DNA from: Verrucomicrobiales bacterium
Lineage (GTDB): Bacteria; Verrucomicrobiota; Verrucomicrobiia; Verrucomicrobiales; Akkermansiaceae
Direction: 5' to 3'
NCBI GenBank assembly: GCA_041306405.1
Contig: JBFZFJ010000320.1
Coordinates: 1-57,720, forward strand
DNA: 57,720 nt
Position numbers and translations under genes: made by a program. The notes beneath the pieces are model-generated. The model saw only the letters and a program-made list of their open reading frames with translations, searched no databases and had not been told where the DNA came from. Of the stretch, positions 33,987 to 43,374 are shown in pieces (positions within the stretch are counted from its first letter, which is position 1; each line of letters opens with the position of its first letter).

Positions 33987-34066
33987 CGCTCCGAGTCTTT
34001 TTCTAAAACGGCGAGCTTCCCACCAACTCCTCGATCTTTTTCTCCAGTTTCTCCCGCTGCGCGGCG
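33987..34066. repeat. Direct repeat copy A (3' end of a minus-strand gene)
   Basis: 74/80 identical by eye to 34745-34824; minus strand reads AAQREKLEKKIEELVGSSPF*. Confidence 0.85.
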
Positions 34067-34198
34067 ACGATGGTGTCGATCACGGGCAGCACAGCCCCGG
34101 ATGCCGGAAAACCACCAGTCCGGCGTCCTCCCGAAAAGTGCGAGCCGCCGGATTTTTGTGCCCTTGAACTAAAGGGGAATTAATCCTAGGTTTCCGCC

Positions 34199-34387
34199 AT
34201 GTCCACCAAGGAACTCGCAATGGAAACCATCAAGGGACTTCCCGAAAACGCCACTTGGAGGGAAATCGAGGCCCGCATCCGCCTCCTTGCCGAAGTCAAC
34301 ATGGGCTACGAAGAACTCCAGCGGGGAGAAGGAACGATTGTCACCAGTCAAAGTGAATTTCTGAATCTGGCCAGAGGCATGCGATGA
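34199..34387 (+). CDS. Putative antitoxin (addiction-module component)
   Basis: 62 aa, MSTKELAMETIKGLPENATWREI; ATGA overlap with the toxin gene. Confidence 0.7.
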   Translation: MSTKELAMETIKGLPENATWREIEARIRLLAEVNMGYEELQRGEGTIVTSQSEFLNLARGMR

Positions 34388-34692
34388 ACCTCATCCTCTC
34401 GCCCTCGGCAATTCGAGATCTGCAGGAGATTTCCGACTACACGCTTCAGACTTGGGGTGCGGAACAGGAAGATCGCTATTTAAAAGGTCTTTGGGGGAAA
34501 CTCGCCGAAATCCAGTCCAACCCGGATTCCTGGCGACTGCGGGATGACCTGGCAAAAGGCTGCCGCTCCGCCCGCCACGAGAAGCACGTCATCTTCTTCT
34601 CGATCAAAGGGCAGACGCTTGAGATCATTCGGATCCTCCACGGCGCGATGGACTTCAACAGTCATCTGGCTGATGAGGATTTACCGGGCTGA
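34384..34692 (+). CDS. parE: RelE/ParE family toxin
   Basis: LSPSAIRDLQEISDYTLQTWG...HVIFF...IIRILHGAMD. Confidence 0.88.
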   Translation: MNLILSPSAIRDLQEISDYTLQTWGAEQEDRYLKGLWGKLAEIQSNPDSWRLRDDLAKGCRSARHEKHVIFFSIKGQTLEIIRILHGAMDFNSHLADEDLPG

Positions 34693-34744
34693 CGATTTGT
34701 GTCTGCCGACTGCATTCTAAAACGCCACATACCCCGCCAGTTCC

Positions 34745-34824
34745 CGCTCCGCGTCTTTTTCTAAGACGGCGAGCTTCCCACCAACTCCTCGATCTCCTGC
34801 TCCAGTTTCTTCCGCTGCGCGGCG
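34745..34824. repeat. Direct repeat copy B
   Basis: Matches 33987-34066; minus strand reads AAQRKKLEQEIEELVGSSPS*. Confidence 0.85.
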
Positions 34825-34930
34825 GCGCTCCCCCGTGGAGATCCGGGTGAAACATCCGCATCAGCTCCTTCCAAAGCTGCTTGAGCCGCGCGGTCTCGTC
34901 GTCGTTGAGCTCCCGTTTCCCCTTGAGCGC
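34761..34930 (-). pseudogene. Remnant of a J-domain-like (HPD) coiled-coil protein
   Basis: ALKGKRELNDDETARLKQLWKELMRMFHPDLH joined out of frame to the C-terminus in repeat B. Confidence 0.45.
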
Positions 34931-35263
34931 TCTATCTTCCTCTTCATTTCAGCTTCTCAGCTTCTCAGCTTTTACCCACCGGTCTTTCTCCGCCGCTTCG
35001 CGCTGGTAGTCGGCGGCGGCGCGTCTTCCCGGCAACCACTCCTGCCACGCCCTCAACTCGTCATCCTCCCACGCCTCCTGATGGTTTGGCCCGGATGCTT
35101 GTTAGTCGGGACTGACGCTTTCGATGCTAGCCGGACGAAATGGTCCGGCAAGCACGCTGTTTGCCGGGAATTCAGGTGCTTTCGTCAGCCTGCCCGATGG
35201 TTGCGGGGGGCGTTCAGGATTTCCAGATCGCCCCCCGGACTGGGCACGTCCGACGGCTTGAGG

Positions 35264-35617
35264 TCAGCAGGGGATGTCGGTTTCCGGCTCGGTTCCTTGC
35301 AGCGTGGCTGACTGGTGGCCGTTGTGATGGGTCAGCGCATAGGCCCCGGCGGCGAGCAGCCCGATGACGACCGCGCCGCCGATCAATCCTGCGGGATGAC
35401 GAGTGCCGAGATCGCGGATGCGCGTCGCGGCGGTCGCCCCGCGGCTGGCGATTTGTTGCTTCGCCTGGCCGGCGAGTTCCCGCGCGCCATTCGGCAGCGT
35501 TTGCCGCGTGGTGTGGGAAATCAGGTGGCGGATGTCGTCGCGCAAAGTGGAAACATCTTCGCGGACGCGATTCATGAGTCCTGTTGAACGACTGTCATTG
35601 AATAGGGATGAGTTCAT
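35264..35617 (-). CDS. ElaB/YqjD/DUF883-like tail-anchored protein
   Basis: Amphipathic VREDVSTLRDDIRHL plus C-terminal HPAGLIGGAVVIGLLAAG transmembrane segment. Confidence 0.55.
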   Translation of the reverse strand: MNSSLFNDSRSTGLMNRVREDVSTLRDDIRHLISHTTRQTLPNGARELAGQAKQQIASRGATAATRIRDLGTRHPAGLIGGAVVIGLLAAGAYALTHHNGHQSATLQGTEPETDIPC

Positions 35618-35695
35618 GGCTTCGGGGGTAGTTAATGGTTGGGGGAATCGAGGGATGGTAAATTAGCACGCTTCCCCGGCCATTGCAAGATTCCG

Positions 35696-36292
35696 CTAAA
35701 CCAAGTGACTCCCGACCGCCTCCCGAACCCGCGCCGCGACCTCGTCGAGCGTGCCGCGGGTGTCGATGACCCGGACGAAGCTCTCGCCCTTGAGCGAGAG
35801 GAAAATTTCCCGGCAGCGCTCCAAATTCTCGCGTTTTTCAAACTCGTTGGCCGTGTCGCCGCGCGCGCCGATGCGTTCGAGCGCGGAGTCCACGTCGAGG
35901 TCCATGATCAGCAGCAAATCCGGGACCGGCGCGAACTCCTCGTTTTTCCGCCGGATCTCCGCCGGGTCGAAACCGCGGGCTCCCTGGTAAGCCATCGTCG
36001 AGAAATAGTAGCGGTCGAGGATCACGACCTTGCCGGCGGCGAGTGATGGCGCGATGAGCTCCTCGACGTGCTGGCGGCGGTCGTTGAGGAAATATTGCAG
36101 CTCGTCCTCCGGCGCCAGGCGGCCGGTCGCGGCCGACTCGCGGAGCTTTTTCCCCCACGGGCCGGCGGTCGGCTCGTGTTCCACCACGACACAGAGTCCC
36201 ATATTTGTAAGAAACTCTCCAAGTAGGCCAGAGTGAGTAGACTTTCCCGAGCCGTCAATCCCTTCAAAGGCAATGCAAAGACCTTGATTCAT
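35696..36292 (-). CDS. tmk: Thymidylate kinase
   Basis: AFEGIDGSGKST P-loop, HEPT, ILDRYYFSTMAYQG, PDLLLIMD; start MNQGL at 36292. Confidence 0.92.
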   Translation of the reverse strand: MNQGLCIAFEGIDGSGKSTHSGLLGEFLTNMGLCVVVEHEPTAGPWGKKLRESAATGRLAPEDELQYFLNDRRQHVEELIAPSLAAGKVVILDRYYFSTMAYQGARGFDPAEIRRKNEEFAPVPDLLLIMDLDVDSALERIGARGDTANEFEKRENLERCREIFLSLKGESFVRVIDTRGTLDEVAARVREAVGSHLV

Positions 36293-36390
36293 CGGCTGGT
36301 CACGACTGTGTTCTTGTGTTTCAGAATGGAGCGAGTTTTTGTGTTCGCGGCATTCAATCCGTGGAGATGGGTTCCTTTCAAGCCATATCG

Positions 36391-36468
36391 TCAATCTGGG
36401 GTCAAAAGCTTCAGTTTCAACCCGTCCTTCACGAAGCGTTTGAAGTCGGCGTCCAGCGTCACGACCTC
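36391..36468 (-). pseudogene. C-terminal remnant of a PIN/VapC toxin
   Basis: EVVTLDADFKRFVKDGLKLKLLTPD* matches the PIN C-terminal (L/V)VTxDxDF pattern. Confidence 0.5.
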
Positions 36469-36474
36469 CGAGTG

Positions 36475-36598
36475 AGTTTTTGGATTTTGATTCTCCCACT
36501 TTTGCAAACGTGGGGCCAACAGACCAATGCGAGGGAATATCCCCAACCCACTCGATGCCGGAGGGTTTGGTTTTCGGATAGGGTCGGTAGGCGCTCAT
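36475..36598 (-). pseudogene. hsdS: N-terminal remnant of type I RM specificity subunit
   Basis: YRPYPKTKPSGIEWVGDIPSHW is the typical HsdS N-terminus; only about 40 codons remain. Confidence 0.8.
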
Positions 36599-37434
36599 GC
36601 GTCACCTCCTTCAGTGGCTTGTTCTTGGAGCAGGTAGAATTCGTGGAGTTTGCGCTGGAGGAGTTGCTTGTCGGGGAGCTGGGTTTGGTATTCGGCGATG
36701 AGGGCGGGGCTGAGGTGGCGGTTCATGGCGTATTCGACGACTTCGGCATCCTTGCTGGCGCAGAGCAACACGCCGATGGCGGGGTTTTCGTGGGGCTTTT
36801 TCGCATCGCGGTCGAGGGCTTCGAGATAGAAGCCGAGCTTGCCGAGGTATTCCGGCTCGAAGCGGCCGACCTTGAGTTCGATGGCGACGAGGCAGTTCAG
36901 GCCGCGGTGGAAGAAGAGGAGATCGAGCGCGAAATCCCGCCCGCCGACCTGGAGCGGGAACTCGGTGCCGATGAAGCAGAAATCGCGGCCCAGCTCGATG
37001 AGGAAATCGCGGAGCTGGAGTAGCAGGCCCTGATGGAGATCCGTCTCGCTGTGGCCGGCCGGGAGATCGAGGAATTCGAGCAGGTAGCTGTCCTTGAAGA
37101 TGGAGAGGGCTTCAGGGTGAATTTGTGTCACCAGTGGCGACACAAATTGCTGGTCGCGGTAAGTTTCGTAAAATTGCCTCATCCTGAATAGGTTGCGGCG
37201 TGTGAAGCCGCGCAGGCCGGGGTATGTGGTGGCGATGTGGCGGGCGAGTTGGGGCATCACTCCCTCTCCCCACTCGGCGCTAGCTAGTTTCCGGCTCAGG
37301 TGCTCGTCAACCTGCCAGTAGAGGTCAATGAGGGCGGTGTTGACCGCCTGATAGGCACGCTGGCGAGCGCTGGCGATGAGATCGAGGATCTCGCGGAAGT
37401 CCGGGGCGGGTGCGGGTGCGGGGAGGTCGTTCAT
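36595..37434 (-). pseudogene. YhcG/DUF1016 PD-(D/E)XK nuclease-like gene with in-frame internal deletion
   Basis: YQAVNTALIDLYW...GFTRRNLFRMRQFY...VSPLVTQ|IHPEALSIFKDSY...LVAIELK...ENPAIGVLLC; the usual LxWxH-containing middle block is absent. Confidence 0.8.
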
Positions 37435-37803
37435 GACTGGCGGGAGGTGACGGTGCGCACGGCGCGGAGGGTGTGACCGGCAGCGACGGTTTCCTCGATG
37501 AAGGCGAGGAAACCGCCGGCGGGGTGGCAGGGGATGACGTCGAAGGGAATCAGGTCCTGACCGCCGCGGTCCAGGAAGGGGATGATTTCCTCCGCGTTCA
37601 GCAGGAGACCCAGACGGTCTGCCCATTCACGGAGACGGGCTTCCTGCCAGGCAAGAGAGGGCGGCCCAGATGGGCTTCCACCTGCTTCTTGAACTCCTCG
37701 GAGGAAATCGAGCGCTGCGAGGACAAGATCTCCCGCATCCGCTCCTCGCTGATGAGCGGGCGGATGGGGGATTTCTGAGTCTGGCTCGGTTTCACTGGGC
37801 ATG
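37431..37803 (-). pseudogene. Hypothetical gene fragment inside the hsd cluster (possibly polyvalent-kinase-like)
   Basis: [11 protein letters not shown]...RGGQ followed abruptly by DLIPFDVI; stop overlaps the YhcG start. Confidence 0.3.
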
Positions 37804-37921
37804 AGGATAGGGCCGGACGGGGCTGGCGGCAAGGGAGTTTTAGGAGGGGCGAAACGTGTTCGCCCATGTCCATGAGTTGACAATGAGATGTGCGAATGCG
37901 CTTGGCATTGGCTTGCCATGG

Positions 37922-37950
37922 GCACGGCGGACGCGTTCCGCCGCTCCTTG
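37922..37950. repeat. REP-like palindrome (family 3), single copy
   Basis: gcacggcggacgcgttccgccgctccttg; its reverse complement nearly matches 55133-55161. Confidence 0.7.
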
Positions 37951-37964
37951 GATGCGCGCTCCTA

Positions 37965-39022
37965 TCATGCGCCTGCCACCTCCTGGAGCAGGGCTTGGAT
38001 TTCTCCCGTGACGGTCGCGGAGGTCGGGGTTGGGCTCGATGTTGCCCTTGGCGTCCTTGCAGATTTCCGCGTCGTCGTCGTCGTGCTCGCCGAGGTGCTT
38101 GAGGAGGAGCTTGGCGACGGCGGGGGAGAGGGTGAAGTCGGTGGGTTTGAGAATGGCCTTGAAATCCTTGAGGAAGGCGGGCGGCGGCAAAGAGGCGGGT
38201 AATGCCGGTGACATGGTCTTCCGAGAGCTGCTTGCGCTTGGAGCCGAGGGATTTCCGCATCTTCTCGTGGCAGTCCACGGCGTGGATGAACTGGACGTTG
38301 CCCTTGCGGTGGGCGGGTTTGTTGTTGGAGAGGATCCAGATGTAGGTGGCGATGCCGGTGTTGTAGAACATGTCCGTGGGCAGCGCGACGATAGCCTCGA
38401 CAAGGTCATTCTCGAGCAGGTAGCGACGGATTTCCGACTCGCCGGAGCCCGCGCCGCCGGTGAAGAGCGGCGAGCCATTGAGGATGATCCCGATGCGCGA
38501 GCCGCCCTTCATGGTGCCGTCCTTGCCCTTTTCCAACGGCCGCATCTTGGAGACGAGGTGGAGCAGGAACAGCAGCGAGCCGTCCGAGACGCGCGGCAGG
38601 CCGGGACCGAAGCGGCCGGCGTAGCCTTTCTGCGCATACTCGTCGTCCTCGATGAAGACCAGCGCGGTGGTGAGGCGCACGATGTCGCGGGGCGTGAAGT
38701 GCTCGCCGGCGGTTTCGTTGGAGGACTCGGCGAATTTCCGGATGAGTTCCTCGAAGACGAGACCCATGTGATAGTTGTCGATGGCCTTGGGCGAGAGGTC
38801 CCACGCGGCGAAGCGCTGGATGACAAGTAGAGCAGGTTCGCGTCGTCGAGCAGATGAACGAAGTCGGCGAACTTGAAATGCTCGAAAATCTCGCGGGCGG
38901 CGGGGGAGAAGGACTGGATGTAGGTTTCGAGGTTCCGGGCGGTGTCGGTTTCGCCGAGCTTCCCGAGGTCCATCGGCGAGGTGTTGTAGAAGAAGTGCTT
39001 CGCCTCGCGCAGCAGGAGCTTC
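37965..39022 (-). pseudogene. hsdM: Type I RM methyltransferase with a frameshift and several internal deletions
   Basis: [85 protein letters not shown]; the SAM-binding and NPPF motifs are missing. Confidence 0.9.
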
Positions 39023-39815
39023 AAGCCGTTTCGGCAGTATGTCACCCAGCCGTTGGGTTGCACGCGCCCACCGGGAAGGATGGATGCGCCGGGGCCTTGA
39101 TAGGCTTGCGATGGGTGCTACTGGATTTTTTTCCTGAGCGGTATAGGCGCGGTGCGCAAATTCGGTCTTTTGGTGAATGCATCGATCCAAATTCGAGAAT
39201 TCCACCTTCAACTTTGTGAGGGATCCAACACGGGAACGCAGACCTCATCAGCCTTACTCAGCACAAGACTGCCACCAATGCGTTGTAGTCTAGATGCCTC
39301 GAATGAAAAAGCCCAATAGGCTCCAAGTCGTCCGCCGACGGTGTCGATCAATGGCGGATGCATTCCGACGATCAACATGTTGCCATAATCCATCGCTTAC
39401 AGCCATGGTAGGCACAAAGAGTGTCCATAAGAACATTTTTTGTGCGGGGCAAGATTGGGGGTGATGGATCGCTTTGGGTGATCATTTTGGTGTGATGGAT
39501 TTCTGGAGGAGAATAAGTAGCTGAAAAACCATAACCTCCCCCGGAGCCCCGCGCATGGGACTCCGGGGAGGTGGTTCATCGGCGTGGCTGGTTTCTCGAT
39601 GGGTCCGCTGACTGCATCACAAGGCACAAGTGCCGATCACGCACGGTGCGCAAGTCGGACTCCCAGCCGGGCTTCACCCCGTCCAGCAAGCGCCGGACCA
39701 CGTCCTCGCCGAAGAACTCAATGAGGTCCGCGGCGATGCGGCGTCTCAGGTTCAGCGCGGCGCTGTCTTTCAGCCCACACGGTGGCAATCATGCGGCGTC
39801 CTTTCTGCTGCGGCT

Positions 39816-39867
39816 GCCGTTGTAGGCGGAGCCGTTGTAGGCGGAGCCGTTGTAGGCGGAGCCGTTG
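39816..39867. repeat. 15-bp tandem repeat, 3.5 copies
   Basis: gccgttgtaggcgga x3 plus gccgttg; minus strand encodes NGSAY repeats. Confidence 0.9.
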
Positions 39868-39984
39868 CGGCGGTTAGAACCGCCATGGTTGCCCTGACGG
39901 TTTGAGCCTCCGTAGGTGTCGAGCATTTCGTCAATGAGCCCGGAGGCTTCGAGCTTGCTGAGTTGCTTCACGCCCTTGCTCCGA

Positions 39985-40305
39985 CGTTTTGGGTTTGAAT
40001 TGCGCCAGAGCAACCTCCCATCCCTTGCTCTGGATGGTGCAATATACCGCCGCCGCCTTCGCCGCCGCGGTTTTTTTTTGACCGTCCCAAGTTTGAAATG
40101 CTCCCTGCGTCCCAGAGCCGTGAAGCGGCAGGCATACTCTGCGGAATCGTGATTCTTGAACAGTCGCCCCCCCCTCCAGCCAATATCTCGCATCACCTTT
40201 CGAGAGAACCCGCTTCTTGCTGTTAGGTTTGATTTCCGCTGTCAATCCGCTGTCAATTATTTCCTCCATGGCTGACTGCGATTGATCGCCATTGAGTGTG
40301 CTCAT
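39985..40305 (-). pseudogene. N-terminal remnant of a tyrosine integrase
   Basis: SKGDARYW / GRREHFKLGT / AAAKAAAVYCTIQSKGWEVALAQFKP across two homopolymer frameshifts; no catalytic domain; next to a tRNA fragment. Confidence 0.65.
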
Positions 40306-40396
40306 GGGATGACGGATGATCTAATAACCAATGAGTTGCAGGAATCAAATGCGATCAAATGCGATTATTCGTAACTCATTGCTAATGTGTATTATG

Positions 40397-40455
40397 GCAG
40401 GCTGTAAATCTGCTAGCGCAAGCTTGCGTTGGTTCGAATCCATCTCTACCCACCA
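40397..40455 (+). tRNA. 3' fragment of tRNA-Tyr(GTA), probable att site; not a complete tRNA
   Basis: gcagg-ctGTAaa-tctgc anticodon arm, long variable arm, ggttcgaatcc T-loop, tctaccc-a-cca end; no D-arm or 5' acceptor strand upstream. Confidence 0.85.
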
Positions 40456-40626
40456 TTTTCAAAAGCAACGACTTGGGGGGGGCGGATGGCTCACTTTTTG
40501 TCGGGGTGGTTTTTGGGGGCGGTGTGATTTTAAGCAGCTGGAAAATGCCGGGATGCCGCCAAAGTGCCTGTTAAGCCGCACCATGGCGGTTGACTGATGG
40601 CGGCCGGTTCCGCCAGATTGTCCGCC

Positions 40627-41022
40627 ATGGTGGATGTGGTTTGCGGCGTGATTGAGAATCCGGATGGGCGGTTTTTGGCCTGCCTGCGTCCGGCGGGAAA
40701 GCATCTTGGCGGCTTGTGGGAATTTCCGGGTGGGAAAGTCGATCCCGGCGAATCGCCCCAATCCGCGCTCGTCCGCGAGTTGCAGGAGGAGCTCGCCGTG
40801 GGTGTTGAAGTCGGGCTGCCGCTCACGGCGGTGGTCTGGAGCTACGAGGAAAGGACGATCCGGCTGTTGCCGTTCCGCTGCACCATCGTGAGCGGCGAGC
40901 TGCGAGCGATCGAGCACGAGAAGCTGTGCTGGTGCCTGCCGGAGGATTTCAACGAGCTCCCGTGGGCTGACGCGGATGTGCCGGTCCTGCGGGAAATTCG
41001 CGCCGCGATTGCGTCGCGGTGA
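40627..41022 (+). CDS. NUDIX hydrolase, MutT/NudG-like
   Basis: WEFPGGKVDPGESPQSALVRELQEE Nudix box; WADAD. Confidence 0.9.
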   Translation: MVDVVCGVIENPDGRFLACLRPAGKHLGGLWEFPGGKVDPGESPQSALVRELQEELAVGVEVGLPLTAVVWSYEERTIRLLPFRCTIVSGELRAIEHEKLCWCLPEDFNELPWADADVPVLREIRAAIASR

Positions 41023-41054
41023 GGTCGTTCAATTTCCCGGCAGGTCGGGATGTC

Positions 41055-42143
41055 TCAGGCTTGGGCGAGCTTGCTCACGTCCCAGGCGGGCAGGCCGAGT
41101 TCCGCGTTGATCTCGTTGAACTCGCCGATTTCCGCTTCGGTGAAGAGCAGGCCGCCGGCGGCGTCCGAGCGCTTGCGGGCGGCGGCTTCGAGCTGGCCGG
41201 GAAGCATCGCGGCTTCGTTGCCGTGGCCGAGGATGTCGTCGATGACCGCCTTGAGGTTTTCAATCTGGCTGCGGCCTTGGGCGAAGTTTCCGCCGGACAG
41301 GGCGTCCGGGTGGATGACTTGGAAGTAGAAGACGGGCGTGTTCTTCTCGCCCGGGGTCGTGAGCTTGCGGCCCCGGATGGTGGGCAGCGAGCCGCCGATG
41401 AGGCCGCCGAAAATTTCGTTGAGCAGCGACATGCCGTAGCCTTTGTGACCGCCGAAGGGAAGGAGGGCTGCAACTTCGTTAGGGTCGTTGGTGGGCTGGC
41501 CGTTGGCATCGACGGCGGCGCCGGGAGGGAGCATTTTGCCCTCGCGTTTCAGGGTTTGCACGCGGCCCATGGCGACGGTGGAGGTGGCCCAGTCCATGAC
41601 GATCGGGAAGCCGTTAGCCGCGGTGCTCGGGATGCCCCACGAATGCGGGTTGGTGCCGAGGGTGGGGGATTTCCCGCCGAAAGGGACGACTTCGGCGAGG
41701 GCTGAGGTGCAGTTGGTGTAGGCGAAATAACCGCGCTCTGCGGCTTCCATGACGTAGCCGCCGCCCCAGAGGTAGTGGAAGGCGTTGTCCACGGCGATCT
41801 GGGCGATGCCGTATTGGTCGGCGAGCTCGATGGCGCGGTCGATGGCGCGGTAGGCGACCGACTGGCCGAGTTTTTTGTTCGCATTCCAGCGCTCGGAGGC
41901 GGGGAAGCGGGATGGGAGAACTTCGATTTCCGCGCCGGGGACGCAGCCGCCGACTCCGGAGCCGAAGAGGTGGTCGAGGTGCAAGGCCTTGAGCGCGTGG
42001 TGGGTGCGGATGCCGTGGCGGGCGGCCTCGGCGCAGAGTTTGGCGCCTTCGTCGGCTTCGTCGGCGCTGTAGCCGTGGGATTGATAGGCTTTGGAAACGA
42101 GGGCGTCGTGGTCTTGGCGTGGAATGACGAGGAATTCGGACAT
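41055..42143 (-). CDS. Ldh_2 family (malate/L-lactate/L-sulfolactate) oxidoreductase
   Basis: LGTNPHSWG, MDWATS, LLPFGGHKGYGMS, MLPGQLE. Confidence 0.85.
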   Translation of the reverse strand: MSEFLVIPRQDHDALVSKAYQSHGYSADEADEGAKLCAEAARHGIRTHHALKALHLDHLFGSGVGGCVPGAEIEVLPSRFPASERWNANKKLGQSVAYRAIDRAIELADQYGIAQIAVDNAFHYLWGGGYVMEAAERGYFAYTNCTSALAEVVPFGGKSPTLGTNPHSWGIPSTAANGFPIVMDWATSTVAMGRVQTLKREGKMLPPGAAVDANGQPTNDPNEVAALLPFGGHKGYGMSLLNEIFGGLIGGSLPTIRGRKLTTPGEKNTPVFYFQVIHPDALSGGNFAQGRSQIENLKAVIDDILGHGNEAAMLPGQLEAAARKRSDAAGGLLFTEAEIGEFNEINAELGLPAWDVSKLAQA

Positions 42144-42240
42144 CGGTTTGTGTTTGTTGGAAAGCCGGGAAATCGTGCCGAAATCAGGACGCGTGTCGAG
42201 TCGGATGAAACGCGGATTTCCGGCGACGGGCCGGCGGGGC

Positions 42241-42320
42241 GAAAAAATTGACCGGCCGGCGGATCAGGAGGGTGCCGGGGGGCTGCATCCTCCGATCGAA
42301 CGCCGACCGGTCGTTTTTTC
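42241..42320. terminator. Long hairpin flanked by A- and T-tracts (bidirectional terminator-like)
   Basis: gaaaaaattgaccggccggcg...cgccgaccggtcgttttttc with inner gatc/ggagg pairing. Confidence 0.55.
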
Positions 42321-42336
42321 GGGGGGGATTGTTTGT

Positions 42337-43374
42337 TTACGGCGCGGCGAGGTCCGCGGTGTCGTCGGTGAAGTTGGTTTGCATCGCGTTGATGGTGATG
42401 GTTCGATCCACCGAGAAGGTGATAGGCGGGCAAAGCAGCTCGGTGCCAAAGACGGTCTCGCTCATGAGCGCCACGGTGTAGGTTCCGTTTTTGGTGAACT
42501 TGGTGTCGAGGTCGGTGACTTCGAGGATCTTGCTAACAGTCTGATCGCGGTCCACCGGGAAGGCTTTGGCGATGACGCCCTGCGCGCCGTTGACCGCGGT
42601 GCCCTCGTAGAGCATCAGATAGGTGTCGCTGCGCGGGTAGAGGTCGTTGAGGTTGAGCTGGATCTTCGGGATGTCGAAGCGGAGTTCCTGACCCTCGGTG
42701 ATGCCGAGGATCTCACCCGAGGCGACGGGCCAGACCTGCACGTGAGTCGAGGCGATCTGGGTCTGGGTGATGGTGCCGTCGGAAAGGGCGTGAATGATGA
42801 AGTGTTCTTCACCACTGGCCTTGGTCGGATCGGCCGCCTTGAGCGAGGAGGCTGCGAACTTCAGCACGGTTTTGCCGTTCTCGGAGATATACGCGGAGTA
42901 GTGCGGGGTGGTTGCGGCCACCGCGGTGCGGTCGAGCGATATTTGTCCTTCCGCGTAGGATTGGACGTGATGTTCGAGCAGGACCTTGGTGGCGGCATCC
43001 GGCAGACCGATGCCAGTCAACAAGTCGGCCACCTCGATTTCCACGGAAAACGGCTGGTCGACCCGCGTGCGGGTGACAAGGGTGTAGGGATCGAGGGTGG
43101 TGATCTTGATGTCCGCTTTCGGCAGATAGGCGCTGACGAGCTTCTGGTCGAGCAGATAGTCCTTCGCCTGGTTTTGCTCGATGGTCCAGAGCTGGAACAT
43201 GGAGCCGTTGGTTTCGAGCGTCATGGCGGAGGGGCCCATGCCGCTGCGCGCGACGGGCATGTCCCAAACGACGCCGGTTCCTTGCTGGGTCTGGCGGATG
43301 AAGTTCACGTAGGGGCCGGTTGCGGCGGAGGCGTGGGTTGAGAGGGCGGCGAGTAGTAGTCCGAGAAGTTTCAT
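42337..43374 (-). CDS. Secreted hypothetical protein (beta-rich)
   Basis: Signal peptide MKLLGLLLAALSTHASA; Thr/Val-rich; overlaps the upstream gene's stop by 4 bp. Confidence 0.75.
   Translation of the reverse strand: MKLLGLLLAALSTHASAATGPYVNFIRQTQQGTGVVWDMPVARSGMGPSAMTLETNGSMFQLWTIEQNQAKDYLLDQKLVSAYLPKADIKITTLDPYTLVTRTRVDQPFSVEIEVADLLTGIGLPDAATKVLLEHHVQSYAEGQISLDRTAVAATTPHYSAYISENGKTVLKFAASSLKAADPTKASGEEHFIIHALSDGTITQTQIASTHVQVWPVASGEILGITEGQELRFDIPKIQLNLNDLYPRSDTYLMLYEGTAVNGAQGVIAKAFPVDRDQTVSKILEVTDLDTKFTKNGTYTVALMSETVFGTELLCPPITFSVDRTITINAMQTNFTDDTADLAAP

Larger units (their letters stand above)
36391..40455. mobile_element. Relic integrative/defence island (integrase, type I RM, YhcG, PIN debris)
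   Basis: tRNA 3' fragment plus integrase remnant plus defence cargo plus lower-GC patches; left boundary uncertain. Confidence 0.65.

Noticed and set aside
34948-34975. tcagcttc short tandem repeat as a regulatory array
   Set aside because: Only three short low-complexity units with no supporting context.
35696-36598. 300-aa HsdS-Tmk fusion as a functional protein
   Set aside because: Only about 40 HsdS codons remain and the middle is better read as a PIN tail in another frame; tmk has its own ATG at 36292.
39816-39867. Mini CRISPR array
   Set aside because: Contiguous 15-bp tandem units with no spacers and no cas genes; it is a coding NGSAY repeat.
40070-40176. Programmed ribosomal frameshifting in the integrase at the T9 and C-run homopolymers
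   Set aside because: The catalytic domain is deleted anyway, so slippage mutations during decay are more parsimonious.
40397-40455. Functional tRNA-Tyr gene
   Set aside because: The 5' acceptor strand and D-arm are absent and the T-stem has a mismatch.
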